The notes under the pieces were generated by a model. That model made no database searches, was not told where the DNA came from, and was given only the letters and a program-made list of their open reading frames with translations. A stretch of 64,000 bases of DNA, taken from positions 113,956,001 through 114,020,000 of the forward strand of contig NC_043002.1 in the NCBI RefSeq assembly GCF_006345805.1, given 5' to 3'. Origin of the DNA: Octopus sinensis (lineage: Eukaryota). Made by a program: the position numbers and the translations under genes. This document shows positions 36,444 to 49,865 of the stretch, piece by piece. Position 1 is the stretch's first letter, and each line of letters opens with the position of its first letter.

Positions 36444-37741
36444 CTACATATTCAATTAACAGTAGGTATGCAAAGATTAAAGGTAGACAGGTTTCAAATA
36501 AGATTACCAAAGTGGTAACAAACACAGCCAAAAAATGTAAAAATCACCTTAAAAGTATGGTGCATGAACATATAACAAGAGAGAATGATAAAAAAAAAAT
36601 CAGCAGGAGAAATATATTTTGGCTTGTAATATCTAATTCAAGCCTTCATTTTTGCAAGTAACCCCTGTAAGTACATACAGCCTTGGCTGTGCAAACCAAC
36701 CAAACGAGTTTTAGTTGTCTGCTTTTTACAGTCAAAATGCATAGCTTGTATGCACTGATTTACTTATAGAATATATCAGAAGAGTTGAAAAAGAATAGAG
36801 CAAGATATGTTTGTTGACTTGTTAATGACTAATGTGAAGGGCTTTTTAAAAGAATCTTTCAAATCCTACACCTCCATTTATAGAGGATTTGAGATAAACC
36901 AAACAACTTAATAACTGATTCCTACAACAGCAGTCCCATGAAGGTTGTAATCAATTTATTGACATTACTTTGCATATAACTACAGGAATCTTATACTTGA
37001 AGAAAAGTGATTTCCAAATATTACTGTATTCGAAATATGAAATGGATATGTTTGTAATTGTGTAACATAGGGGTTACAGACTAATTACTACGCCAATGGC
37101 TAAATAATATTCTTAGGAAATCCACAATATCTTTTGGCCCATGGCTCCAAGATTCATTCTCACAATAACAATAAAACAATTGATTTTATTCTTTTACATG
37201 TTTCAATAATTTGAATGTGGCCATGCTGGGGCACCACAATGACAATAGACAAACTGCAGGTACACAAGGTGTTGGAACTTCTATTAACTCCAAGTGCAGT
37301 TTCACTTTACTGTAAAGTGTTGTTATTGATGACCACTTTAACAGTTTCTCAGCATTTTCCCACCAAATCATTCTCCTTCAAGACAAACTGTTCCATAATT
37401 CCACTGTTGTAAGGCTGCTGATATTTGGGCATCGTCTTTAAAGCTACTTGAGGGAATACTGATTTGTAATTCTTCTTTTTTTTTTTAGTAACATGTAAAT
37501 GACATGCAATGTTATAAGTGGATTTGATTTAGCTGAAGTTGGCCTGAATTAAATTTGGGCATCAGAATTTTAGGGCAAAGTATAATATATTACAGATATT
37601 CAGTTTTGAAGAGATATTTCTGAGGATAAATCTAAAGGAATGGGGTTGATCATGGGTAGACATGATAGAATGACTATTCTTCAGCGGAAATAAAATTTGA
37701 GATTCACTATTCAATAATACCGAAAGCCTAAAAGAATAAGA

Positions 37742-38130
37742 TTAGGTGCAGGCATGACTGTGTGATAAGAAGCTTACTTCCCAACCACATGATTCCAGGT
37801 TCAGTCCCACTGTGTAGCACCTTGGCAAGTATCTTCTACTGTAGCCTTGCACTGACCAAAGCCTAGTGAATGGATTTGGCAAATGGAAACTGAAAGAAGC
37901 CTGTAGTGTGTGTGTGTGTGTGTCTTTGTTTGTCCCCCACCAACACTTGACAGCCGATGTTGGTGTGCTTATGTTCCCGTAACTTCAGCAAAAGAGACCA
38001 ATAGAATAAGTACCAGGCTTGAAAAAAAAAAAGTGCTGGAGTAGATATATTTGACTAACAATTCTTAAAGGTGGTGCCCCAGCATGGCCACAATCTAATG
38101 ACTGAAACAAGTAAAAGATAAAAGATAACC
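37742..38130 (+). mobile_element. Family S SINE
   Basis: Full head, (TG)n and tail. Confidence 0.85.
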
Positions 38131-38554
38131 ACAGAAAGCTGAATATAGTGTCAGACAGCTGACCAGTCTCAGGCTCAACATTCTGTCACTAGCATTATCC
38201 TGGTATCATGCTCAAGACAACAGAGCATATAAACTGAATTATTTATTTGTTAAACTAACACACAAGTAACTGGGTATTCCACAGAACTGTCAGATTGATT
38301 ATGTGACAATTGTGAAGTTTTGGATTACAAGTATAGTATGTGCAACAGGCTAGCTTGCAATTTCTACCTACCCAACTTTACCGGCAAGGACTGAGTCAAC
38401 CTGAGCTAAGATTCCATGCAATGGAATCAAACCCAAGGCCTCATGATTGTAAAGTGAGTTTCTTAATCATTTATGCTAATTAGTCTTGCCATTTTGATAG
38501 ACATGAAAAGCTGTATTCTTTCTGTCAATCAGCTACTTAATTCATGTATTATTT

Positions 38555-39990
38555 TTTTGTCAAACCAGTGTTGCTATTTTCTGTCATAAAACTCAAGGCT
38601 TCCTGACAACCTGCAGATACACCTGCCTTTAGAGCACAACATATGTGCAATATTCCACACTGCTGCAAGACAGTTTTTCATCTAGACACTGAGAAACGTA
38701 GTATTGATTTTCTACAGGAAATATTTCTGCTGTCAACATTTCCTTGGAGCAATTTGAATTGTCGTGTTAAATCATGTGATAGTCTGTCCAGCAAGCATCA
38801 GCTTCTATTGTAACACAATATATGCAGGTCCTTGTGATTGTGGAACTGCATGATAACATAATTAATCATATACTAGTGATTTGATCAGAGATGTTGTCAG
38901 AAACCCTTGTACATGTTTCTTGTTGGAATAATGAGTTGGTAATTACTAAATCGTATTTTTCACATTTATTTCTGTACTGCCCACAAAGGGCTACAAACAG
39001 AAGGCACAGACATACGGATTAAGTCAATTATATCGACCCCAGTGCATAACTGGTACTTATTTAACTGACCCCGAAAGGATGAAAGGCAAAGTTGACCTCG
39101 GCGGAATTTGAACTCAGAACGTAGTAGCAGATCAAATACCTATTTCTTTACTACCCACAAGGGGCTAAACACAGAGGGGACAAACAAGGAAAGACAAACG
39201 TGTTAAGTCGATTATATCGACCCCCAGTGCATAACTGGTACTTATTTAACCGACCCCGAAAGGATGAAAGGCAAAGTCGACCTCGGCGGAATTTGAACTC
39301 AGAACATAGTGGCATATCAAATACCGCTAAGCATTTCGCTCGGCATGCCAATGTTTCTGCCAGCTTGCCGTATTTTTCACATTCATTTGGAAACAGATTG
39401 CCATTTGAGTTAGCCCTTCTTATGCCTTCTTTTGCAGCTGCATTATTTCAGAGGTTTGAATGTTTGCCAACTCTGGCATTGAAATTGTCCAGTAAGATGG
39501 TTTTGTATGGTTTTAATATTCTAAATAGAACACAATCTAAATGAGTATAAAATTCCTTTTTAACTTCTATGTCTGCATTCATTATGGGATTATATGTACT
39601 GATGACTATCACAAAAGTCACTACAAATCCTACACTTTGTAAACACCACCTACTTGATGTTCTCCCCCCCTACACACACACACACACACTTCCAAAAGAA
39701 GACATAATCCACTGCCATGTTTCTTCAGCTGTTCATCATCAGTTAGTCACTCAGAGTGACAATGTTGATATTGAGATGTGCCAATTCTCAACAGAGAGCG
39801 AGATACCTTGGGCAAAATGTTAGCAATAGAAAACTTCTGCAGCTGCTATCTACCATCACAATCACTGAAGGCACATGACACATTTTCTTCCGTTTTGTGA
39901 GACTGGACTTCACTACACCTCTGGCATAGGAAGCAAGAGAGTCTGTTGAAACTTGCTCAAGGTTGCCTCAAGTTTCCAGAAAGTAGGGGT
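38555..39990 (-). mobile_element. Fossil RTE-like LINE endonuclease (APE) region interrupted by SINEs
   Basis: Minus-strand remnants ELAHLNINIVTLS..., GSG/YVFFWK, DLVITNSLFQ, MINYVIM and a GF..RK.QxWFD-like end, in RTE order, heavily mutated. Confidence 0.5.
38966..39370 (-). mobile_element. Two tandem family M SINE copies (38966-39145 truncated, 39143-39370)
   Basis: Direct repeat of TACCCACAAGGGGCTAAAC...GAACTCAGAAC. Confidence 0.85.
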
Positions 39991-40589
39991 AACAATGTCT
40001 CTTTCACAGATTGAGTGGTGAACGTCCTTTATCACACCCACAATATATACCGAAGTGAATTTTATCTGAACGCACATGAAAAATGAAAAGTGAATCATAT
40101 AAGATTTATGATTATGTTACACAAATCTGTTAAATCACACTCTCTAATATCTTCAAAAAACAAAAACAAAAAAATAAAACAGAAAGTGAGAGAAAGAGAA
40201 AAAGACATTGGATAATGTAGTTCTAGATAAGTTTGAAAATGAAGGCAGGATGGTCATCTGACACAAGGCCACCTTCTCTCAAAGGATCTTTGTCTTGCAA
40301 ATTACACAGTGACCCTAGCAGTGTTGGTGCACATAAAAAAGCACCCACTTTACACTGTAAAGTGGTTGGCATTTGGAAGGGTCTCCAGCTGCCAAAACCC
40401 TTCAAAGACAGACCTTGCTGGTGTTGGTGCCATGTAAGAAGTACTCAGTCTAATCCGTGGGGTGGTTAATGTCAGGAAGGGTATCCAGCTGTATAAATCA
40501 TACCAAAACAAACAGTGAAACATGTTGCAGTCTTCTGCCTAGCCAGCTCCTGTCAAACCGTCCAATCCATACCTGCATGGAAATTGACA

Positions 40590-40960
40590 ACTGACAAGTC
40601 CCTTAATCCCTTTGGGGTCATTGGGGCACTGCAGCATGCAGTGTATCTAGGGCAAGAAAGCCTGGCAGAGCCCATCCCTAACTCATTTCTATAGCTGAGT
40701 GGACTAGAGCAACATGAAATTAAATGTTTTGCTGAAGAACACAATGGATCACCCAGTCCAGGGATTGAAACCATAATCTTATGGTCATGAATCCCTAACC
40801 ACTAAGCAATGGTACTCATTTTTACAGCTGAGTGAACTGGAACAACACAAAGTTAAGTGTTTTGCTCAAAAACACAATGCATTGCCTGGTCCCGGAATCA
40901 AAACCACAATCTTAGAATCATGAGTATAACACTCTAACCACTAAGCCATGTGCCTCCACT
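40590..40960 (-). mobile_element. Third tRNA-SINE family, two partial copies
   Basis: Head GGCACATGGCTTAGTGGTTAGAG...GATTCC and TTGAGCAAAACACTT core; related to 54270-54880 and 56433-56770. Confidence 0.65.
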
Positions 40961-41037
40961 AATGGAAAACGGATATTAAATGATGATGAGTCTTTTTTGA
41001 CTGAGACAGAGCTGGGGCAAAACAACAATTCCTTTAA

Positions 41038-41258
41038 CCCTTTAGCATTTAAACCGGCCATATCCGGCCAAAAGTATTCTGCCTGTTTTATGTTCAAACT
41101 GGCCAGAGCTGGTCTCTCACACCAACCCTACACTATCGTTTTAAAAATTAACAGCTACCTCGTCAATATCTCATAGCTACAAGATAATGCATGATTAGTT
41201 CAAAACAATCTGGATGAAAAAGCATTAATTTTGGCAGAATAATGCGAACACTAAAGGG
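41038..41258. mobile_element. piggyBac-type MITE
   Basis: TTAA|CCCTTTAG ... CTAAAGGG|TTAA. Confidence 0.85.
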
Positions 41259-41993
41259 TTAAAGCTTAGAAAACATTAACATTTAGAATATCTTTACCCA
41301 CTCAGTCACTTTGCTTCTACATCAAATCCCCAAATTATTATTCACATAAGTTCAGGAAACACATAAATGTGAGCATGGGTAAGCACAAATATAAAAATAG
41401 AAGTTATTCAGTTTGCTATAATCACAAATATGGTCAAGATATCAAGATTACAAAAATCTGAGAGGAAAGTAATCATAACAAAGTCCATACATATAGCTGT
41501 TGCCTAACTAAATTGATAATCCAGAAATATCTTTCATGGTACAGTGGATCAAAGAACTGTTATTGAGTTCTACTGCTGCTATTTATAACCAGTTGTTGCA
41601 GGATAGTGTTACAAAACCCTAACAAGTTTGTACACTTGACAAGTTACTACTTACACCCTGTTGTGATTTTCCAACCAATATCTATCAAAAGGGGTCTGAA
41701 TTATCACCATAACCAACATTATGAACAACAAAATAATCACCACCATGATTATTTGGTATGGATATTATTGGATATTAACATTATCTTTCTTTTACCTTCT
41801 ATTTGTTCAAGACATTAGAAGAATTTTTAGTTTAATGAATCGACCCAGGACTTATTTTTTAAATCTGGTACTTATTCTATTAATTTCTTTTACCGAACTG
41901 GTAAATTACAGGGATGTAAACAAAGCAACAGTGGTTGTTAAGCAGTGTAAATGGATTTTGTAGAAAGAAACTGAAAGAAACCTGTCATATATA

Positions 41994-42200
41994 TCTATTA
42001 TATAAAATCCGTTCTGTATGTCTGTATGTCTTCTAGGATCTCGAGCATCCCCCATCCGATTGCGCTCAAATTTGATACGTAGATATCAACAGTATCAGGG
42101 CATGTATAAGTCTTGAAAAAATTACAAAAATCGATTCCAGGTAAGAATGCGAGCAATAAAGCCTGGAAATGTGCATTTGTAAAATTGTTTTTCTTGGAAT
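41994..42200 (+). mobile_element. Helitron-like 5' fragment
   Basis: A|TCTATTATATAAAAT...GTATGTCTGTATGTC start, like the other two Helitron-like copies; 3' end missing. Confidence 0.45.
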
Positions 42201-42584
42201 AGAAAAAAAATCTATCTTTATTTCTTCTTTTGCTGGTGTCTCAAATTTAGGTTAAATCAGTGTTTCTCAAAGGGGAGGCCTATGGGACGGTTGGACAAGC
42301 TGTTTTGAGAAAATTTGGTTTAAATGTTTGACAACTCAGCACCGTCCATTGGACCGGGGGGGGGGGGCTTTTGTTCGTAAATATATAGAGAGAGATGTGT
42401 GTCTCTTTGTGCCTGCATTCTTAGCAGTTCAGCAAAAGAGGGAAATAGAATAAGTACTAGGTTTAAAAAAATATGTACTGGGGTTGGTTCATTCAACTGA
42501 AATTCTTCTAGGTAGTGCTCCAGCATGGCCATAGTCTAATGACTGAAACAAAAGATACAAGATATATACTTAAACATATATATA

Positions 42585-42972
42585 CAGATGCAGACATGGC
42601 TGTGTAGTAAGAAGCTTGCTTCCCAACTACATGGTTCTGGGTTCAGTCCCATTGCAAGGTAGCTTGGGCAAGTGTCCTCTACTATAGCCTCGGGTCAATC
42701 AAAGCCTTGTGAGTGGATTAGGTTGGCAGAACCTGAAGGAAGCCCATCGTATATGTATGTGTGCCTTTGTGCATGAGATTGTCCGCCATCCACCGCTTGA
42801 CAACTGGTGTTGGTGTGTTTACGTCCTCACAACTTAGCGGTTTGGCAAAAGAGAGACTGATAGAATAAGTATCAGGCTTAAAAAGAAATAAGTACTAGTG
42901 TCAATACATTCCACTAAGAATTATTCAAGGCAGTGCCCCAGCATGGTCACAATCTAATGACTGGAACAAGTG
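42585..42972 (+). mobile_element. Family S SINE
   Basis: Full copy, preceded by an extra tail half at about 42400-42560. Confidence 0.85.
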
Positions 42973-44145
42973 TGTGTGTGTGTGTATATATATATATATG
43001 TATATATATATAAAATTCTGATAAGGAATAAAAAGTAGAACATGCAAAAACAAAAAATGATATCACAATGGTTGACATAATTTAATGCTGGTGATGTTAT
43101 AATAACAAAGTAATATTTTTTTAGCAGAATTTTACCTCCTCTGACTACAGTGTACTCTATAAAGTGGTTGACAAACGAAAGCCTTTCTCTTATTTGAATC
43201 TATGTCATGTAACCATCATTAATCAGGCTATGTAACCATTTAAGTATTATTAACGCTTATTAAAAAAATAGTCTTTTTATTTAAATACAAAGTCAATTTA
43301 GTACTTATTTTATCATCTCTAGAAGGAAAAATATCAAAGTCAACAACCTTAGATTTAAGCTCATAACATTGAGAATAGTACCTTGTAATATTACATATGT
43401 CAATTTGTCCCTATAGATTTAATAGAAACAAGGCTGACAGCAAAAAGAAAACAATTTTTATGTACATCCTGAAGAAAAAGAAAGGAGCTAAGCAAATAGG
43501 AGACCGATTTCTTATACTTTTTACTGCATATTATATAATGTAATTTTTTATGTGAATGCAACAGGCTTGCTCCAAGAGAACGTGATTGAAAGCAGGTTAC
43601 CATGAATTACAGAAGTTCACACTAAACCTGCTGTGTGCTGTTGGTTTTAAGCTCATAAATGTTGTTGTGAATCATCCTCTTTCATTATGTTTGTCAAATC
43701 TTTATCATGCAGATAGATTGTTAATAGTGTTCAAGCCAAACTTAAAAGCACATAGCAAGTATATCATGACCTGATGATATTCTACAGTGATTGAAAATTT
43801 GAAAGCAGACTAATTTTAGCTTAAACTAGCAATCCTAAGTATGGTTACTTACACATAATTTCCCATTTTATAGGAAACCACAATCTGTTTTCAAGATCAT
43901 TAATTTGAGTTAATATAAAGCCAGGAGTTAATGCAGAATTATAAAGCCAAGAGTAAAATGTTTGCAGCCGATATGAAGTCATGAACTGTATTTAGGTATC
44001 AAAGCTGAAAGAAGCAAACTGACTTTATAATGCTTAGAAAATATATTTTAAATTCTATTTTGTAGTTATATTTTTCACTACGTTTTCTTTAGTCCAACCA
44101 GAATAATGTATCTTACTGCAAAACACAATTTACAGTCTAAGCTAA

Positions 44146-44545
44146 TTAGCCTCGCTTGGCCCCCGTGCCGGTGGCACGTAAAAAGCACCATCCGATCATG
44201 GCCATTGCCAGCCTCGACTGGCCCCCATGCCGGTGGCACGTAAAAAGTACCATCCGATCATGGCCGTTGCCAGCCTCGACTGGCCCCCGTGCCGGTGGCA
44301 CGTAAAAAGCACCATCTGTCCGTGGCCGTTTGCCAGCTCTGTCTGGCACCTAAGCGGGTGGCACGTAAAAAGCACCCACTACACTCACGGAGTGGTTGGC
44401 GTTAGGAAGGGCATCCAGCCGTAGAAACATTGTCAGATCAGACTGGGCCTGATGCAGCTTTCTGGCTTCACAGACCCCAGTTGAACCGTCCAACCCATGC
44501 TAGCATGGAAAGCGGACGCTAAATGATGATGATGATGATGATGAC
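44146..44545 (+). mobile_element. RTE 3' UTR fragment with about 4 internal repeats of about 58 bp
   Basis: GCCGGTGGCACGTAAAAAGCACCATCCGATCATGGCC repeated; (GAT)n tail. Confidence 0.88.
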
Positions 44546-45159
44546 CTAAAGAGATTAAGAGTTTATAATTTTTACTATTCTAACTATTATGATAAGTAAG
44601 CAGCTCCTTCAGCATAAATTAGTACTAGAGCTACAAGCAAATTTAAGTTGGTTAATACTGTTAACTACAACATTAGAATGTCACTGCGGTAGTAATAATA
44701 CTGCCTCTTATAATCATTCACACACAGTAATAATTAAGGTATTAAAATTAGCTTGTAATAAAAAATATATTAAAAGTTATTTTATTGTAATTATTGAAGT
44801 GATATGAGCGCAACTTATTTTAATGAAGGGACATGACTATAAATAAACTAAACATTATGGAAAAATTTAGTTACCTTTTACTATCTTTTACTATCTTTAG
44901 CACTTTTGATACCTTCCTGCCTGAGACCTCCCCTGGTTCTACGAAACAAACTTACAGATTTAAAGTGATCTAAATAATAATCTTCCATCCAAATTTTATG
45001 TTAATTTGTTCCAGATACCAGCTTAATAATGGGAAAATTATTTTATCAAGCTCTTCATTATTTTAACTAAAGCAAAAGCGGTGCATGTCTCAACAGAAAT
45101 AAACTAACAAAAGAGTTAAGTAACTTGCAAGCAAAGTATAGTGCCCTCTTTTATTTTTT

Positions 45160-45545
45160 TCTTTTACTTGTTTCAGTCACTTTACTGCAGCCATGTTGGG
45201 GCACAGCCTTAAAGGATATTTTGGTCAAAGAAATCAACCCCAGGATTTATTCTTTGTAAGCTTAGTACTTATTTTATCAATCTCTTTTGCCTAACTACTA
45301 AGTTATGGGGACATAAACACACCAACATCAGTTGTCAAGCGCTAGAGACGAACACAGACATAAATATAGACATATATGAAAGGCTTCTTTCAGTTTCTCA
45401 GTTTCTGTCGACTAAATCCACTCACAAGGCTTGGTCGACCTGAGGTTAAAATAGAAGACACTTGCCTAAGGCGCCACGCAGTAAGAATAAACCTGGAATC
45501 ATGTGGTTGGAAGCAAACTTCTTAGCACACAGCCACGTCTGCCCC
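45160..45545 (-). mobile_element. Family S SINE
   Basis: Full reverse-complement copy. Confidence 0.8.
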
Positions 45546-45953
45546 TGTAGACTTATAGCAGCACCTTAACAGGTGACCAGCTAAAAGAATAGATCCTACC
45601 TCCTAATGTTTGGAGTATAGAAACTGATAAAAACTGCAGTATTTGAAAGGACTTTAAAAAATTGCTTTTATTTTCCTTTCATTTCTGAAATAAATTCTTC
45701 TGCTCTCTGAAATGAGGATAATATTGCGCAGTATTGATTTCTTACATTATTAGTACAAAGACACAAATTGTTAAGAGTTAGATGTAAATGACTGAATCAA
45801 CCTAGTATTTATTTTATTGGTCTGATGAGTAAAAATTTCAATGAAACCATTGAAGGACATACTAACACCATACTGAACAAATTCTTTACAGAATTATGGA
45901 GAGATCATTCTTCGTGATAAGAGAGACTGTGTTCAAAGCTAGTTATACATTAA

Positions 45954-46168
45954 CCCTTTAGCATTCAAGCTGGCCATATCCAGCCCAAATATTCTATTTG
46001 TTTATTGTTCAAATTGGCCAGGTCCAGCCTCTTACACCTACACTGCCATTCTAAAAGTAAACAATCACATCACTGTAATCTCAATGCTACAAAATTATCC
46101 ATGATTTCTTCAAAACAAGGTGAATAAATAAGCATTACATTTGAGAGAGTCATCTGGATATTAAAGGG
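45954..46168. mobile_element. piggyBac-type MITE
   Basis: TTAA|CCCTTTAG ... TTAAAGGG|TTAA. Confidence 0.8.
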
Positions 46169-46344
46169 TTAAATGAAGTTCATGAACATTAATGAAAATT
46201 AAATAATCTAAAAAGCCTGTGTTTGATCCCACAGCAAAGCACCATGGGCAAGAATCTTCTACTATAGTTATGCAAGTGAATTTGGTAAATGGAAATTGTG
46301 AGCAAGCCTGTTCCATATATATGTATCTTTTATCCTGTACTTTG

Positions 46345-46715
46345 TTTTAGTCATTAGACTGTGGTCATAATGAGGCACTGCCTTTGAAGGGTTTTAGTCA
46401 AAGGAATCAACCCCAGTACTAATATATTTTGTCTTTTAAGCCTGGTACTTATTCTATCAATCTTTTGCTGAACTGCTAAGTTATATGACATTAACAAATG
46501 AATACCAGTTGTCAAGCAGTGAAGGGAGACAAACACAAAGACATACATACACATGTACATATGGGGTTCCTTCAGTTTCCATCTACCAAATCCACTCACA
46601 GAGTTGTGATCAGTTCAGGGCTGTAGTAGAAGACAGTTACCCAAGATGCCACACAGTGAGACTGGACCCAGAATCATGCCATAGGGAAGTAAACTTCCGA
46701 CCACACAGCCATGCC
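46345..46715 (-). mobile_element. Family S SINE
   Basis: Reverse-complement copy. Confidence 0.8.
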
Positions 46716-46795
46716 AGCACTTATACATGTGTTGATAATCCATCATTGCTTGACAGTTGGTACTGGTTTGTTTATGTCCCTGTAATATAGCAGGT

Positions 46796-47020
46796 AAGTG
46801 CAGAATCGTTAGCACGCCGGGTGAAATGCTTAGCAGTATTTCGTCTGCCGTTACGTTCTGAGTTCATATTTCGCCGAGGTCGACTTTGCCTTTCATCCTT
46901 TCGGGGTCGATAAATTAAGTACCAGTTACGCACTGGGGTCGATATAAATGACTCAATCCGTTTGTCTGTCCTTGTTTGTCCCCTCTGTGTTTAGCCCCTT
47001 GTGGGTAGTAAAGAAATAAG
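46796..47020 (+). mobile_element. Family M SINE nested in a family S tail
   Basis: tRNA-like head, GAGTTCATATT B box, CCTTTCATCCTTTCGGGGTCGATAAATTAAGTACC core, ...GTGGGTAGTAAAGAAATA tail. Confidence 0.85.
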
Positions 47021-47392
47021 TAAGTGCTAGACTGAGAAAAATAAATACTGGGGTTGATGTGTTTAACTAAACCCTTCAAGGTGGTGCTCCAGTATGGCTG
47101 CAGTTCAGTAACTGAAACACGTAAAAGATGAAAGATAAAGATGAGAGACTAATGATTTGTATCAGACCAGACAAAGAGGTAGGGGATCGTTTAACTGAAT
47201 GAATGACAGCATTTGCTTCATTGTCCTTTGCAATATTCCAGTGTATTTTGTGCTACTGCCAGTGTTACTTCTTCCAAGCACAACTCAGGGGAAAATAGGT
47301 GAAAGACAGGGAATCTAACATCAAATATCATAACCAATGCCTTGTGAGTGAATTTGGTAGACAGAAACTGTGTGGAAGCTAGTCAGGCGCAT

Positions 47393-47599
47393 GTCATCAT
47401 CGTCATCATCATTTAGCATCCATTTTCCATACTAGCATGGATTAGATGGCTTGCCTGCAGATGTTAAAGCCAGAGAGCTATACCAGACTCCAGTCTGTTT
47501 TGGCTTGGTTTCTTTGGCTGGATACCCTTCCTAATACCAACCACACCACAGAGTGTACTGGATGTCTTTCGCATGTCAAAAGCACGAGTGCCATTCACA
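47393..47599 (-). mobile_element. Degenerate RTE 3' end, contiguous with the satellite
   Basis: (ATC)n TTTAGCATCCATTTTCCATACTAGCATGGG is the reverse complement of the RTE tail. It is nested in a family S SINE (47330-47390 and 49880-50065). Confidence 0.75.
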
Positions 47600-49865
47600 T
47601 GTCACCGGCACAGGTGCCTTTTATGTGTCACTGGCACAGGTGCCTTTTATGTGTCACTGGCACAGGTGCCTTTTATGTGTCACCGGCACAGGTGCCTTTT
47701 ATGTGTCACTGGCACAGGTGCCTTTTATGTGTCACTGGCACAGGTGCCTTTTATGTGTCACTGGCACAGGTGCCTTTTATGTGTCACTGGCACAGGTGCC
47801 TTTTATGTGTCACTGGCACAGGTGCCTTTTATGTGTCACTGGCACAAGTGCCTTTTATGTGTCACCGGCACAGTGCCTTTTATGTGTCACGGCACAGGTG
47901 CCTTTTATGTGTCACCGGCACAGGTGCCTTTTATGTGTCACCGGCACAGGTGCCTTTTATGTGTCACCGGCACAGGTGCCTTTTATGTGTCACCGGCACA
48001 GGTGCCTTTTATGTGTCACCGGCACAGGTGCCTTTTATGTGTCACTGGCACAGGTGCCTTTTATGTGTCACTGGCACAGGTGCCTTTTATGTGTCACTGG
48101 CACAGGTGCCTTTTATGTGTCACTGGCACAGGTGCCTTTTATGTGTCACTGGCACAGGTGCCTTTTATGTGTCACTGGCACAGGTGCCTTTTATGTGTCA
48201 CTGCCACAGGTGCCTTTTATGTGTCACTGGCACAGGTGCCTTTTATGTGTCACTGGCACAAGTGCCTTTTATGTGTCACTGGCACAGGTGCCTTTTATGT
48301 GTCACTGGCACAGGTGCCTTTTATGTGTCACTGGCACAGGTGCCTTTTATGTGTCACTGGCACAGGTGCCTTTTATGTGTCACTGGCACAGGTGCCTTTT
48401 ATGTGTCACTGGCACAGGTGCCTTTTATGTGTCACTGGCACAGGTGCCTTTTATGTGTCACTGGCACAGGTGCCTTTTATGTGTCACTGGCACAGGTGCC
48501 TTTTATGTGTCACTGGCACAGGTGCCTTTTATGTGTCACTGGCACAGGTGCCTTTTATGTGTCACTGGCACAGGTGCCTTTTATGTGTCACTGGCACAGG
48601 TGCCTTTTATGTGTCACTGGCACAGGTGCCTTTTATGTGTCACTGGCACAGGTGCCTTTTATGTGTCACTGGCACAGGTGCCTTTTATGTGTCACTGGCA
48701 CAAGTGCCTTTTATGTGTCACCGGCACAGGTGCCTTTTATGTGTCACCGGCACAGGTGCCTTTTATGTGTCACTGGCACAGGTGCCTTTTATGTGTCACT
48801 GGCACAGGTGCTTTTATGTGTCACCGGCACAGGTGCCTTTTATGTGTCACCGGCACAGGTGCCTTTTATGTGTCACTGGCACAGGTGCCTTTTATGTGTC
48901 ACTGGCACAGGTACCTTTTATGTGTCACCGCACAGGTGCCTTTTATGTGTCACGGCACAGGTGCCTTTTATGTCACTGGCACAGGTGCCTTTTATGTGTC
49001 ACCGGCACAGGTGCTTTTATGTGTCACCGGCACAGGTGCCTTTTATGTGTCACTGGCACAAGTGCCTTTTATGTGTCACCGGCACAGGTGCCTTTTATGT
49101 GTCACTGGCACAGTGCCTTTTATGTGTCACTGGCACAGGTGCCTTTTATGTGTCACCGGCACAGGTGCCTTTTATGTGTCACTGGCACAGGTGCCTTTTA
49201 TGTGTCACTGGCACAGGTGCCTTTTATGTGTCACTGGCACAGGTGCCTTTTATGTGTCACTGGCACAGTGCCTTTTATGTGTCACGGCACAGGTGCCTTT
49301 TATGTGTCACTGGCACAGGTGCCTTTTATGTGTCACTGGCACAGGTGCCTTTTATGTGTCACTGGCACAGGTGCCTTTTATGTGTCACTGGCACAGGTGC
49401 CTTTTATGTGTCACTGGCACAGGTGCCTTTTATGTGTCACTGGCACAGGTGCCTTTTATGTGTCACTGGCACAGGTGCCTTTTATGTGTCACTGGCACAG
49501 GTGCCTTTTATGTGTCACTGGCACAGGTGCCTTTTATGTGTCACTGGCACAGGTGCCTTTTATGTGTCACTGGCACAGGTGCCTTTTATGTGTCACTGGC
49601 ACAAGTGCCTTTTATGTGTCACCGCACAGGTGCCTTTTATGTGTCACCGGCACAGGTGCCTTTTATGTGTCACTGGCACAGGTGCCTTTTATGTGTCACT
49701 GGCACAGGTGCCTTTTATGTGTCACCGGCACAGGTGCCTTTTATGTGTCACCGGCACAGGTGCCTTTTATGTGTCACTGGCACAGGTGCCTTTTATGTGT
49801 CACTGGCACAGGTACCTTTTATGTGTCACCGGCACAGGTGCCTTTTATGTGTCACTAGCACAGGC
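47600..49865. repeat. Tandem satellite, 26-bp unit TGTCACTGGCACAGGTGCCTTTTATG, about 87 copies
   Basis: Direct reading; the 26-aa periodicity in all three plus frames confirms the 26-nt period. Confidence 0.98.

Noticed and set aside
47600-49865. CRISPR-like array (palindromic 26-bp repeat)
   Set aside because: Units are head-to-tail with no unique spacers, there are no cas genes, and the context is a eukaryotic LINE UTR.
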